Source: a virus (Duplodnaviria; Heunggongvirae; Uroviricota; Caudoviricetes). From it: DNA of 45,972 nt. Location of the stretch: the IMG/VR virus record IMGVR_UViG_2541047783_000005, one strand, 5' to 3'. The notes beneath the pieces are model-generated. The model saw only the letters and a list, made by a program, of their open reading frames with translations. It did not search any database and was not told the DNA's origin. The stretch's first letter is position 1, and every line of letters starts with the position of its first letter. Shown one piece after another: positions 8,618 through 19,887 of the stretch. Both the position numbers and the translations under genes were made by a program.

Positions 8618-8835
8618 TGTTAGGTATTTTAGACGTTACTAGATTAAAAAGCATTAGTTCAGGAGTGAATTGACATTCTCATTTTTCATGGCACAGGGTA
8701 GATCTGGCGTGGTTGTCCGCTTTGTGCCAAAAGCGGACATCGAATAATTTCAGCAGCACTCAACCTTATTAACCAAATCGCCTCAACTCATATGGACATG
8801 CATCCGGAAGTGCCAACTTCGTAAACTTATTCACT

Positions 8836-10623
8836 TTAAGTCTGAGCCTCACTCTCTTGGCCATAAGTGGCTTGCCAGTATCTCGCCGTAGGGTTCATTA
8901 GAATGTGCAATACAAGCCACCATGCAAAAATGCAGGGAGGTTGATTGTAGTAACCGGCAGGCACATATCCGTGAGCTAGTTGATTTCGTAAATCACCATA
9001 GATTTTATCTACCAGTAAGGCCTGAAGATTGCCAATTATGTCTACGCCGAAAGCTTCAATAATCAGTGGATTATCTAGTAATCCCTTGAGTCCATTTCGC
9101 TCTTGCGAACCGTCCCCGTGAAGCTGCGATGGTTCCTCACCTTTAATTTTAGCCACATATCTCAGACTATTTTCGATCTGGGGAATCAACACGTGGCATG
9201 CCGTCATAAAATCTCCATTGAAACCGCAAACCATACCCTTGATGAAAAACTCTTCATGCCCAAACGGGATGAAGGGATGATTGATGAACATATCGCGAAA
9301 AAACGCCTCCGAGATTGGATATTTCATTGTGATCTCATCTGTAGCAGGAATAATTTGCCCAGCTACTGCCAACTCATGGTCGATACGCATTCTCGTCATC
9401 ATTATGGGCCAAATAACTGCCCCATTTGCATCATCAATCCCCAATCCTGCGGGTATGCGAGCAAGTGTCATTCCCTCATGATCAATATGTGTTGATCCAA
9501 ACATCCAAGCTATGCTGTTGGCCTTTTGTTCTATTGCTTGAGCCTTAAGTCTCTCAATGCTGGTTGGCCGACAGACCAGCATCGCAAGTCTGAAAACCAT
9601 ATCAAACATATCTCTTCCGACTACCCGACTCTTGGCTTGATGGACAATCTCACTAATATCTTGAGGGGGAGACTGAAGGATAGACATCTGGTGACGGGAT
9701 TCGATTTGGTAATCACGCATTTCTTCATACAGCGCAAGACGTTCTATTCGGGTTCCTGGAATATTAGCCAGTGCTTCAATAGCATTCTGCATGCAGGCTG
9801 CCGAAATCATACCGCCATCTTGGAATTTTGACTCTTCCAGATGTGTATCGGCAAGAAGCCGCCAGAATTCAAACTGTGTATCTCTGTCACAGCACCTATT
9901 CGCAATCGTGATTGCGGTTTTACAGGCATCGACGGCAAATGAAAATAATTTTTGAGCCAGATAGTTTTTTGTCAGAAACAGGAGTTCCTGGGCAATAAAA
10001 GATGGCTCACTCACTTTACAGTCGATATCGAGTTGCAGGAGTCGCAGCGGATAAGGTGAATCGCCTTGTTCTCTGGTACGTTCATACTCTGCTAGTAGAT
10101 GTGCCGAAAGCTGATCAAATTCATCCCTGAAATCAGTATTCTTTCGAAAAAAACAACACAGCCTAAGCGCACGCTCTAGGCGTTCTAAAGCACTAACCCA
10201 CGTCCCTTGCGATGTCATAATAGCTATACTGGACGCATAATAAGCACGGACTGCCAGCAAAGGAAAACGGATTCCACCAATTTTACGAACCCAAAGTGTA
10301 TCAGCAATACGAGCTTGAAGTTCGGGTAGCTCTATCGTCGGGCAAAATTGAGAAAGTACCTCCAGCGACAACCCGTTAATGTCATCCGGAATTGCAGATC
10401 TACCTTGGCTGCTTTGAAAGCACGGACCAAATGGTACCTGTGGATTTTCGGGACGAAAGTGAAAACCGCAAATATGGGTTAGCAGTCTTATCTCCGCTCT
10501 TCCATCACCTAGGCTAGAAAGATACTTTGTGATATCAAAGCAGGTAACTGGCAGCTTACTCTGGATTAAGGGGGATAAATCAATAGTGTTAAGTTCGTCG
10601 AGGCTGATATTAATATCGTCCAT
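8836..10623 (-). CDS. 595-aa cargo protein with C-terminal HEPN-like Rx4HxY motif (candidate abortive-infection or defence RNase)
   Basis: Long uninterrupted minus-strand ORF opposing the flanking phage genes; AAGGTG RBS; C-terminal GDLRNQLAHGY motif (encoded at about 8965-8997); no Walker A motif; region looks AT-richer than the structural genes. Confidence 0.7.
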   Translation of the reverse strand: MDDINISLDELNTIDLSPLIQSKLPVTCFDITKYLSSLGDGRAEIRLLTHICGFHFRPENPQVPFGPCFQSSQGRSAIPDDINGLSLEVLSQFCPTIELPELQARIADTLWVRKIGGIRFPLLAVRAYYASSIAIMTSQGTWVSALERLERALRLCCFFRKNTDFRDEFDQLSAHLLAEYERTREQGDSPYPLRLLQLDIDCKVSEPSFIAQELLFLTKNYLAQKLFSFAVDACKTAITIANRCCDRDTQFEFWRLLADTHLEESKFQDGGMISAACMQNAIEALANIPGTRIERLALYEEMRDYQIESRHQMSILQSPPQDISEIVHQAKSRVVGRDMFDMVFRLAMLVCRPTSIERLKAQAIEQKANSIAWMFGSTHIDHEGMTLARIPAGLGIDDANGAVIWPIMMTRMRIDHELAVAGQIIPATDEITMKYPISEAFFRDMFINHPFIPFGHEEFFIKGMVCGFNGDFMTACHVLIPQIENSLRYVAKIKGEEPSQLHGDGSQERNGLKGLLDNPLIIEAFGVDIIGNLQALLVDKIYGDLRNQLAHGYVPAGYYNQPPCIFAWWLVLHILMNPTARYWQATYGQESEAQT

Positions 10624-11297
10624 GTCGTCACCTTGATGATTTGTTAATGCGGGGGCAACATTAATAAATGTACTTGAGACCGCAATTTGTCGATGGAGCC
10701 AACATTTATAACTATGTGCTTCTACCCTCTGAATTTTTACATGTGAATTGCTAGCTTGAATAGCTCTATCATTATATACGTGGCACTAAATTATGGCTGT
10801 TTTTCGCTCAAAGCGGACTAGAAGGTTAGCTTGTGTCGGACTTTGCGTATTAAAAGAAGTGCTGGTGGTGACTAGTGGTTGTGCCCCATTTCCACAGAAA
10901 AAATCAGAGAAACTATACCCAATAGTTGTATTGAATCACTGACGAGACAGCCTCATATTCATCAGGACTGGTCTACGTCCAATACAGGAGGTTGTGGTGC
11001 TGGTTCTCAAATGTGCGCTGGCTATTACGGCTGTAATGGCGATTTATTGTCTTGCTATTGTTCTTATGGATCGCCTTTCTGACTGATTTCATATTGGCGA
11101 GGTAACGGTAGTTAAGTAGAATGGCTGCGGGTGCTTGAGGCTATCTGCCTCGGGCATGAACACCAAAGGCAGATAGAGAAAAGCCCCAGTTAACATTACG
11201 CGTCCTGCAAGACGCTTAACATTAATCTGAGGCCAATTTCATGCTAGACACATGTAGGTTAGCCTCTTACGAGCCGAAAGGCAAGGAGAAGCAGGCT

Positions 11298-11453
11298 ATG
11301 AAGCAGCAAAAGGCGATGTTAATCGCCCTGATCGTCATCTGTTTAACCGTCATAGTGACGGCACTGGTAACGAGGAAAGACCTCTGCGAGGTACGAATCC
11401 GAACCGGCCAGACGGAGGTCGCTGTCTTCACAGCTTACGAACCTGAGGAGTAA
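11298..11453 (+). CDS. hokD: Hok-family membrane toxin
   Basis: MKQQKAMLIALIVICLTVIVTALVTRKDLCEVRIRTGQTEVAVFTAYEPEE with AAGGAGAA RBS; structured upstream leader (inverted repeat CTATCTGCC...GGCAGATAG near 11142-11180). Confidence 0.8.
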   Translation: MKQQKAMLIALIVICLTVIVTALVTRKDLCEVRIRTGQTEVAVFTAYEPEE

Positions 11454-11669
11454 GAGACCCGGCGAGGGAGAAATCCCTCGCCACCTCTGATGTGGCAGGC
11501 ATCCTCAACGCACCCGCACTTAACCCGCTTCGGCGGGTTTTTGTTTTTATTTTCAACGCGTTTGAAGATCTGGACGGTGCCGGAATAGAATCAAAAATAC
11601 TTAAGTAGCGCGCAGGGATAAGAGGGATGGTCCCTTAAAGGGGAGAGCTAATTATCCGGAAGGATTCTG

Positions 11670-11921
11670 ATGATGAACATCGAAGAACTGCGTAAAATTT
11701 TTTGTGAAGATGGCCTCTATGCTGTGTGCGTTGAAAATGGAAATCTTGTTAGTCATTACCGCATTATGTGTTTGCGAAAGAATGGGGCTGCGTTAATTAA
11801 TTTTGTGGATGCTCGGGTCACGGACGGATTTATCTTGCGCGAAGGTGAGTTTGTCACTTCATTACAGGCATTGAAAGAGATCGGAATAAAAGCTGGCTTT
11901 TCTGCTTTTGCAGAAGAATAA
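11670..11921 (+). CDS. rem: Rem-like hypothetical protein (83 aa)
   Basis: Position directly after hokD and size match Qin rem; identity from synteny only. Confidence 0.5.
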   Translation: MMNIEELRKIFCEDGLYAVCVENGNLVSHYRIMCLRKNGAALINFVDARVTDGFILREGEFVTSLQALKEIGIKAGFSAFAEE

Positions 11922-11987
11922 ACTCATCTACAATCTTGCGCGGGGCTGAACTCCCGCTGAGTAACACCGTGCCACCGGAGAAAACCG

Positions 11988-12918
11988 ATGGCACGCAACG
12001 TAAAATATTACAATTCTGATAATTCGCCCGTTCTTGCCTGCACGCACGGGCGGTATTCTCACGCATTCAAGTCTGAATGGTTCCAGCACCCTCCATGCAC
12101 TGCAGAACAGGCCGAATGGCTGATTCATTCTTACCGCAGGCGCGGGTTCGAGGTTAAGAAAGCTCTCAGTCTCGACTATCGGCACTGGATAATCTCTGTC
12201 AGGCTGCCTTATTCCGAACGCCCACCACGTGCGTCCCGCACTTTCCAGCAACGGATCTGGAGGTAACGTGCGGGTATTACTTAGACCTGTTCTGGTGCCT
12301 GAGCTTGGGCTGGTGGTCCTTAAGCCGGGCCGTGAATCCATACAGATATTTCATAATCCTCGAGTGCTGGTGGAACCGGAACCAAAAAGCATGCGAAATC
12401 TGCCATCCGGAGTCGTTCCTGCCGTTCGCCAGCCGCTGGCAGAAGACAAAACATTGCTGCCGTTTTTTAGTAACGAACGGGTGATTCGTGCTACTGGCGG
12501 CGTTGGCGCATTGTCTGACTGGCTATTACGTCATGTTACATCCTGCCAGTGGCCTAATGGCGATTACCATCACACTGAAACAGTCATTCACCGTTATGGT
12601 ACCGGCGCAATGGTGTTGTGCTGGCACTGCGACAACCAACTGCGTGACCAGACATCGGAATCACTGGAGCTGCTTGCTCAACAAAATCTGACAGCATGGG
12701 TGATTGACGTCATCCGTCACGCAATAAGCGGTACGCAGGAGCGGGAATTATCTTTGGCTGAATTATCCTGGTGGGCGGTCTGCAATCAGGTGGTGGATGC
12801 ACTACCTGAGGCTGTATCGCGTCGTTCGCTGGGATTACCAGCGGAAAAAATCTGCTCGGTGTACCGCGAAAGCGACATCGTACTATTACTCCCCAAAATC
12901 TCCAAAATTGAGCGATGA
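11988..12918 (+). pseudogene. ydfU: YdfU-like gene split across two frames (possible frameshift)
   Basis: ORFs 11988..12266 and 12229..12918 overlap in different frames; second part contains a CWHCDNQ cysteine motif. Confidence 0.4.
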
Positions 12919-13612
12919 CGCTCCAGCGACAGGCACCGGTTGTTTAACAATTACGGATGTAATGGCAGCGCAGGGGATGGTGCAGTCGAAAGCACCACTT
13001 GGGTTGGCCTTATTTCTGGCAAAAGTTGGTGTTCAGGACCCTCAGTTTGCGATTGAAGGCCTGCTAAATTACGCGATGGCACTGGATAACCCGACATTGA
13101 ACAAATTGAGTGAAGAAATCCGGTTACAGATTATTCCTTACCTTGTGAATTTTGCCTTTGCTGATTACTCCAGGTCTGCGGCAAGTAAGGCTCGCTGTGA
13201 GCATTGTTCAGGTACGGGATTTTATAATGTATTGCGCGAAGTGGTGAAACACTACAGACGCGGGGAATCTGTAATCAAGGAAGAATGGGTGAAGGAACTA
13301 TGTCAGCATTGCCATGGTAAGGGCGAAGTCAGCACAGCGTGCAGAGGGTGTAAGGGTAAAGGGATTGTTCTGGATGAAAAAAGAACCCGGTTTCATGGCG
13401 TACCGGTATATAAGATTTGTGGGCGTTGTAATGGAAACCGATTTAGTCGTTTACCGACCACGCTGGCACGACGTCATGTCCAGAAGCTGGTACCAGACCT
13501 GACCGATTATCAGTGGTATAAGGGGTATGCGGACGTCATTGATAAACTGGTAACAAAGTGCTGGCAGGAAGAAGCATACGCGGAAGCGCAATTGAGGAAG
13601 GTGACGAGATAA
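12797..13612 (+). CDS. Q: Late-gene antiterminator Q (zinc-binding type)
   Basis: C-terminal CEHC...CQHCHGKGE...CRGCKGKG...CGRCNG cysteine clusters; followed by promoter and terminator. True start may be the internal ATG at 12962. Confidence 0.65.
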   Translation: MHYLRLYRVVRWDYQRKKSARCTAKATSYYYSPKSPKLSDDAPATGTGCLTITDVMAAQGMVQSKAPLGLALFLAKVGVQDPQFAIEGLLNYAMALDNPTLNKLSEEIRLQIIPYLVNFAFADYSRSAASKARCEHCSGTGFYNVLREVVKHYRRGESVIKEEWVKELCQHCHGKGEVSTACRGCKGKGIVLDEKRTRFHGVPVYKICGRCNGNRFSRLPTTLARRHVQKLVPDLTDYQWYKGYADVIDKLVTKCWQEEAYAEAQLRKVTR

Positions 13613-13643
13613 ATGATTTTTGCTGAAGATGGCGACATGATGT

Positions 13644-13672
13644 TTGCATTTTTCAAAAAATATGGATAAAAT
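13644..13672 (+). promoter_or_regulatory. Candidate late promoter pR' (TTGCAT -35, 17-bp spacer, TAAAAT -10)
   Basis: Hexamers read directly at 13644-13649 and 13667-13672, about 30 bp downstream of the Q stop. Confidence 0.45.
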
Positions 13673-13718
13673 TTTTTCAACGATGGGCTTTGTATACCCG
13701 ACGTTAAGAAAAAGTAGA

Positions 13719-13748
13719 AAACCCGCTGATGAGCGGGTTTTGTGCTTT
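13719..13748 (+). terminator. Intrinsic terminator (candidate tR')
   Basis: Hairpin ACCCGCT-GATG-AGCGGGT followed by TTTTGTGCTTT. Confidence 0.55.
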
Positions 13749-14033
13749 AAATGGGGCAATGGTAATGTTGAATCTCATCCCGGGACTCATGTCTGTTAAC
13801 TTATTATTTAGCTGGTGACTTGGTTATTTGCCTGATGTTTAAAATATTTTCTTCCAGTACAATGTCCCTAAACACAATGAGTCTGCTTATTATATTATTA
13901 GCAGAGCTATTACGGCCAAAGTACAGCATAAGCTTTTAAAGCCAATCAACCAGTCATCAAGACAGACGGGGTTATTCATAAAAACTCTCCATGTGTGATC
14001 CGATGGGGCCTGAAATTAAAGCTTTAATATAGC

Positions 14034-14246
14034 TCATGAAAGGTAAACATTGGCAGCTGAAGGGCCACGCAGACCATTTATCCGGCAAAATTCCACGCGT
14101 AATCCGGTGGTAATTTCTTCTGCATCGCGGAGATTGAGCGCTGAAACATGAAGCTGGACATCGATACGACCATCGGATGGGGTGATAAGACCCTTGCCGC
14201 TTTTGCCGTCAAAGGTTTTGACAATTCCTGTCATTTTACGGGACAA
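14034..14246 (-). CDS. cspF: Cold-shock protein family, CspF/CspH-like
   Basis: [26 protein letters not shown]...; apparent non-ATG (TTG) start. Confidence 0.85.
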
Positions 14247-14546
14247 AAAAATTCCTTAATACTGATAACTTGGCGCACTATACACACGTTCCTGAAGAAA
14301 GCTATAGTTTTTTGATGGGGTTGAAGATGGCTGGATGTCTAAAATAAACATTGCTTCATATGTTCAACTATGCGTTAATGATTGCGTCGGTTTGAAGAAC
14401 AGACGATATACGAAGTAGTTTACTAAAGCAGTTCTCATTTCAGGTGTTATTCACTTATTCCTTCTTTGAGTCTCTCCAATTAAGTACGAAGTCGTTTCTG
14501 TTATGCAAACCATTTATGCCGAAAGGCTCAAGTTAAGGAATGTAGA

Positions 14547-14762
14547 ATGTCAAATAAAATGACTGGTTTAGTAAAATGGTTTAACGCTGATAAAGGTTTC
14601 GGCTTTATTTCTCCTGTTGATGGTAGTAAAGATGTGTTTGTGCATTTTTCTGCGATTCAGAATGATAATTATCGAACCTTATTTGAAGGTCAAAAGGTTA
14701 CCTTCTCTATAGAGAGTGGTGCTAAAGGTCCTGCAGCAGCAAATGTCATCATTACTGATTAA
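14547..14762 (+). CDS. cspB: Cold-shock protein CspB-like
   Basis: [38 protein letters not shown]... with RNP motifs; long 5' leader. Confidence 0.9.
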   Translation: MSNKMTGLVKWFNADKGFGFISPVDGSKDVFVHFSAIQNDNYRTLFEGQKVTFSIESGAKGPAAANVIITD

Positions 14763-15044
14763 AATTCATCGCTCGTCTGTATACGATAACGAAGAAGGCT
14801 GATGCCTGAGTAGAGATACGGACAGAGTAGTGAATATTGGATCTCTTTAATAAAAAGTAAGGAGGTCCAATACATGAAACAATGGCTAGCATATTTGGCA
14901 AAATCTTAATCAGGAAAAGTATGCTAACCATTGTGGTGAAGTGCAGGTTTGCTGCATGAATAGTTTTACAGCAGAAGCTAACTGCTGGCATGGCAAAACA
15001 AAGTGCGTAAGTGGATGACTCCCACAAAAAGCACCACAATCTCA

Positions 15045-15068
15045 AACCCGCTCAGGCGGGTTTTTTAT
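15045..15068 (+). terminator. Intrinsic terminator
   Basis: Hairpin ACCCGC-TCAG-GCGGGT followed by TTTTTTATT. Confidence 0.6.
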
Positions 15069-15125
15069 TATCTGCTTTAAATATATTATTAAAATATAAA
15101 AAATACTTGTTACTAATAAAATCAA

Positions 15126-15296
15126 TCAGGCTACAGCTTTAAGATTTGTCTGGAATACTTTGTTGCAATGAGGGCAGATCAAAAGGGCACCTTTTTGTAC
15201 TCTTGAAAAACTGTGTTCTGACTCTTGGGTGCAGTTTGGGCAGGAACATTTAACGAGATAATTACGGCGTGATTTTGAGTTTTTACGTTCTGACAT
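15126..15296 (-). CDS. Small zinc-ribbon protein (56 aa)
   Basis: Internal start MSERKNSKSRRNYLVKCSCPNC...CPHCNK with AGGAAA RBS. Confidence 0.4.
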   Translation of the reverse strand: MSERKNSKSRRNYLVKCSCPNCTQESEHSFSRVQKGALLICPHCNKVFQTNLKAVA

Positions 15297-15515
15297 AGGC
15301 TTTTCCTGTATAAATGGCCGTATACAGTACACTAAATATGAAAACATTTCTCGTATTATTATTTTATATATGACTTTCTTTCAAAATAATTACCCACATT
15401 TTTAATGTGTATGTTTTTTTAGCGCCGTTGAGAACAACGTGTGCTGTCAAAACTACCCCGTAGACTCCGATCTTTTCAAACATATTGCACCATCCGTGTA
15501 CATCGGGGTGAGGAT

Positions 15516-15731
15516 ATGAAATCAATGGATAAGTTAACAACAGGTGTTGCCTATGGCACATCGGCGGGTAATGCTGGTTTCTGGGCATTGCAGTTACTCG
15601 ATAAAGTAACTCCGTCACAGTGGGCTGCAATCGGTGTGCTGGGTAGCCTGGTTTTTGGCCTGCTGACGTATCTGACAAATCTTTATTTCAAGATTAAAGA
15701 AGACAGGCGTAAGGCTGCGAGAGGAGAGTAA
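15516..15731 (+). CDS. S: Phage-21-type holin/antiholin with dual-start motif (MKSM)
   Basis: [26 protein letters not shown]...; two in-frame starts three codons apart; GGTGAGGA RBS. Confidence 0.85.
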   Translation: MKSMDKLTTGVAYGTSAGNAGFWALQLLDKVTPSQWAAIGVLGSLVFGLLTYLTNLYFKIKEDRRKAARGE

Positions 15732-15759
15732 TCCAACGACTCAAGACTATGAACTGGTT

Positions 15760-16043
15760 GTGAAAGGAGTCCGTAATTTTGAGAATAAAGTTACGGTAAC
15801 TGTAGCCTTACAGGACAAAGAACGCTTTGACGGTGAAATTTTTGACCTGGATGTCGCCATGGACCGTGTTGAAGGAGCTGCGCTGGAGTTTTATGAGGCA
15901 GCAGCCAGAAGGAGCGTCCGGCAAGTCTTCCTGGAAGTAGCAGAAAAATTGTCAGAAAAAGTTGAGTCTTATCTGCAGCATCAGTACTCCTTTAAGATTG
16001 AAAATCCTGCCAATAAGCACGAGCGTCCTCATCATAAATATAT

Positions 16044-16047
<4 letters not shown>
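15760..16047 (+). CDS. YdfR-like hypothetical protein inside the lysis cassette
   Basis: ORF between holin and endolysin, GTG start; assignment by position. Confidence 0.5.
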
Positions 16048-17071
<1,024 letters not shown>

Positions 17072-17434
17072 GGTAATATTAAATCGGAACATTTACATCG
17101 CGGAATGTAAAATTTAAATAAAAAGGACTCTTCCATGAGCCAAAATTCCTGAAATCTTAAGGGTAAGATAAAAGGTCTTAATCAGAATGACACGTTATTA
17201 TTAATAAATAAAGCTATTCTTTCATTGCTGTGTTTTTCTTTACAAAAGTAATCCTTGCTATGGGTGGTTAATCATGCGTTAATGGTGTTCTGGTTTGTTA
17301 CAAATTTATCTGAAGCAGTCATTGTTATAATTTTATTATTTGTACCTCTTGAGATTTCCTTGTTGGTTTTTCTCTCTGATATTTTTTTTCGGACCATTCT
17401 GCCCAAGGGCTAATTTCTTCAAAAGGTAATAATT

Positions 17435-17647
17435 ATGTCTAACAAAATGACTGGTTTAGTGAAATGGTTTAACCCTGAAAAAGGTTTTGGTTTCATCACG
17501 CCGAAAGATGGCAGCAAAGATGTGTTTGTCCATTTCTCAGCAATTCAGAGCAACGATTTCAAAACATTAACTGAGAATCAGGAAGTTGAATTTGGTATTG
17601 AGAACGGACCTAAAGGTCCTGCCGCTGTTCATGTAGTGGCGCTTTGA
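17435..17647 (+). CDS. cspI: Cold-shock protein CspI-like
   Basis: [38 protein letters not shown]...; long 5' leader. Confidence 0.85.
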   Translation: MSNKMTGLVKWFNPEKGFGFITPKDGSKDVFVHFSAIQSNDFKTLTENQEVEFGIENGPKGPAAVHVVAL

Positions 17648-17843
17648 GGTAGACAATATTACAAACCATATTCACTTTAGATGCCCGTGTTGTCATGGTT
17701 CCCAGTATAGAACATCATCTTTTGATGTTTCTGACATGAATCCTTTCGGGGCAAAATGTATCTTTTGTAAATCAATGATGATTACATTTGATAATATTTC
17801 ACAATACTTAAATGCCAGCCGTCTGTCGTTGGATTTAAAAAAG

Positions 17844-17865
17844 TGAAAATGAAGGCTCCTTCGGG
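17844..17865 (+). terminator. Intrinsic terminator
   Basis: Hairpin GGCTCC-TTCG-GGAGC followed by TTTTTTG. Confidence 0.5.
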
Positions 17866-17918
17866 AGCTTTTTTGCTTGGTATCTATTCGATGGATACTC
17901 ACATACTACGGTAACATC

Positions 17919-18149
17919 ATGAAAAAAATCATAGTTTTTTTTAACTCTGAACCAGCAGTGGTAGTGCCAGCGATGACTGGAGTTAACACCATCATGCGTG
18001 AATATCCAAATGGCGAAAAAACACACCTTACTGTAATGGCCGCAGGGTTTCCATCTCTGACCGGAGATCATAAAGTCATTTATGTAGCCGCGGATCGACA
18101 TGTTACTTCAGAAGAAATTCTGGAAGCAGCAATAAGGCTCTTGAGTTGA
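17919..18149 (+). CDS. Hypothetical small protein (76 aa)
   Basis: ORF from ATG 17919 (MKKIIVFFNSEP...); weak RBS. Confidence 0.3.
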   Translation: MKKIIVFFNSEPAVVVPAMTGVNTIMREYPNGEKTHLTVMAAGFPSLTGDHKVIYVAADRHVTSEEILEAAIRLLS

Positions 18150-18320
18150 TTTGATGCTATTGTATTGATAATTCAGGAAAATTCTCTTTGTCTGTTTGTG
18201 TAAAATTTAGACTATCGTATGTTGATTATTGCGATGTTTCATCTTATCTTTTACACGTTTGCACCATATAATCGACTTACTGTGTAACTGGAAAGTCATA
18301 ACAGACTAAAAGAGGAAATG

Positions 18321-18494
18321 ATGAATATTGAAAACTTAAAAACAAAAGCAGAAGCAGATATTTCTGAATATATAACAAAAAAAATTATTGAACTTAAGAA
18401 AAAGACCGGGAAAGAAGTTACCAGTATTCAGTTTACCGCACGGGAAAAAATGACGGGTCTTGAAAGCTATGATGTCAAGATTAATTTAATCTGA
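18321..18494 (+). CDS. gnsB: GnsB-like small protein (57 aa)
   Basis: MNIENLKTKAEADISEYITKKIIELKKKTGKEVTSIQFTAREKMTGLESYDVKINLI; below the 60-aa cut-off of the ORF track, found by eye; AGAGGAAA RBS. Confidence 0.7.
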   Translation: MNIENLKTKAEADISEYITKKIIELKKKTGKEVTSIQFTAREKMTGLESYDVKINLI

Positions 18495-18645
18495 TGTATT
18501 CAATAATAAAATTTATCCATAAACCTCGTTTTTACGGGGTTTTGTTATATTTGAATGGTTCCGAATATCTAAATCACAATTGTTGATGGTTTTTATTAAA
18601 CCAATGCAGTCCGGCTCAGGAGTGAGAGAAGCCGGACGTTATGGT

Positions 18646-19071
18646 TTAGCGTGGTAAGATCTGTGTAGTTTTCTGGATGCTTTCAGTAAATAGTAATGAG
18701 TTATCAAAGGCATAGTAATATCTTTGGTGTTCCTGGATATTTGTAACCCATCGGAAAACTCCTGCTTTAGCAAGATTTTCCCTGTATTGTTGAAATGTGA
18801 TTTCTTTTGATTTCAACTTATTATAGGAGGTCTCTATAAGATGTTTGTTTCTGGAGAATTTAACATTTACAACCTTTTTGAGTCCTTTTACTAACACTAT
18901 GTTGTCGTTTTCTAACACAATGTGAATATTATCTGTGGCTAAATAGTAAATATAAAGTGAGATATTGTGACGTTTTAGCTCAGAATAAAATAATTCACAG
19001 TTTAAATCTTTACGCACTTGATCGAATATTTCTTTAAAAATGGCAGCCTGAGCCATTGGTAAACCTTCCAT
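18646..19071 (-). CDS. ydfO: YdfO-like protein
   Basis: 141-aa minus-strand ORF; position between gnsB and the terminase genes as in Qin. Confidence 0.55.
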   Translation of the reverse strand: MEGLPMAQAAIFKEIFDQVRKDLNCELFYSELKRHNISLYIYYLATDNIHIVLENDNIVLVKGLKKVVNVKFSRNKHLIETSYNKLKSKEITFQQYRENLAKAGVFRWVTNIQEHQRYYYAFDNSLLFTESIQKTTQILPR

Positions 19072-19356
19072 GTGATACGATGGCGCGTAGTTTGCATTAT
19101 CGTGTTTATTGTTTTAATCTGGTCTGACCTCTTTGTGTTTTGTTGATGATTTATGTCAAATATTAAGCCTGTTTTTAATGAATAGTGTTGATTGCGTAAC
19201 AAAATTGAGCCTTGCTGGCATCCAGGAGGGATATGCAACCGACAGATGTATGTAAGGTCGATGTACTCAAACTTTCATACTTTTCCTCTTTTATGCAGTA
19301 AGATTTGAAGTAATATTTTAACCGCTAGATGACGAGCAAACGCATGGAGCGACAAA

Positions 19357-19563
19357 ATGAATAAAGAACAATCTGCTGATGAACTCTCGTTGGATCTGAT
19401 TCGTGTAAAAAATATGCTTAATAGCACCATTTCTATGAGTTACCCGGATGTTGTAATTGCATGTATAGAACATCAGGTGTCTCTGGAAGCATTCAGGGCA
19501 ATTGAGGCAGCGTTGGTGAAGCACGATAAGAATTCGAAGGATTATTCCCTGGTGGTTGACTGA
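19357..19563 (+). CDS. Hypothetical protein (68 aa)
   Basis: ORF with ATG start; no assignable motif. Confidence 0.35.
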   Translation: MNKEQSADELSLDLIRVKNMLNSTISMSYPDVVIACIEHQVSLEAFRAIEAALVKHDKNSKDYSLVVD

Positions 19564-19887
19564 GCACCATAACTGCTAATCATTCAAACTATTTCACCTG
19601 TGACAGAGTCAATATCGCATTCTGTCACTGTCAGGCTAATACAGAGCTGCAATTCAACTACTGCAATGTCCTCGTAATTAGGTGAATTTACAATATCGTC
19701 CTGTTCGGATGCCGGCTGCATTGCTGAAGATGAGGCATTTATGGTTCGCATATTTTCCCCTCATGCTCGTCAGTCCTGTGCGTAGGAAGAAACAGGACAC
19801 TCACACTAATTTGTGTGGGCATGCTGTGATGTCCTTCTGAATTATTCCTATGCCATTATGTAAAGCGCTGTATCAGATGCTCGTCAC

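Noticed and set aside
10879-11082. 67-aa Gly/Cys-rich plus-strand ORF upstream of hokD
   Set aside because: Lies in the probable promoter and leader region of the opposing cargo gene; low-complexity; no RBS.
17648-17830. Possible small Cys-containing ORF (CPCCHGSQY...CIFCKS) downstream of cspI
   Set aside because: No in-frame canonical start codon with an RBS upstream of the cysteine motif; only a 36-codon ATG-initiated fragment. Too weak to call.
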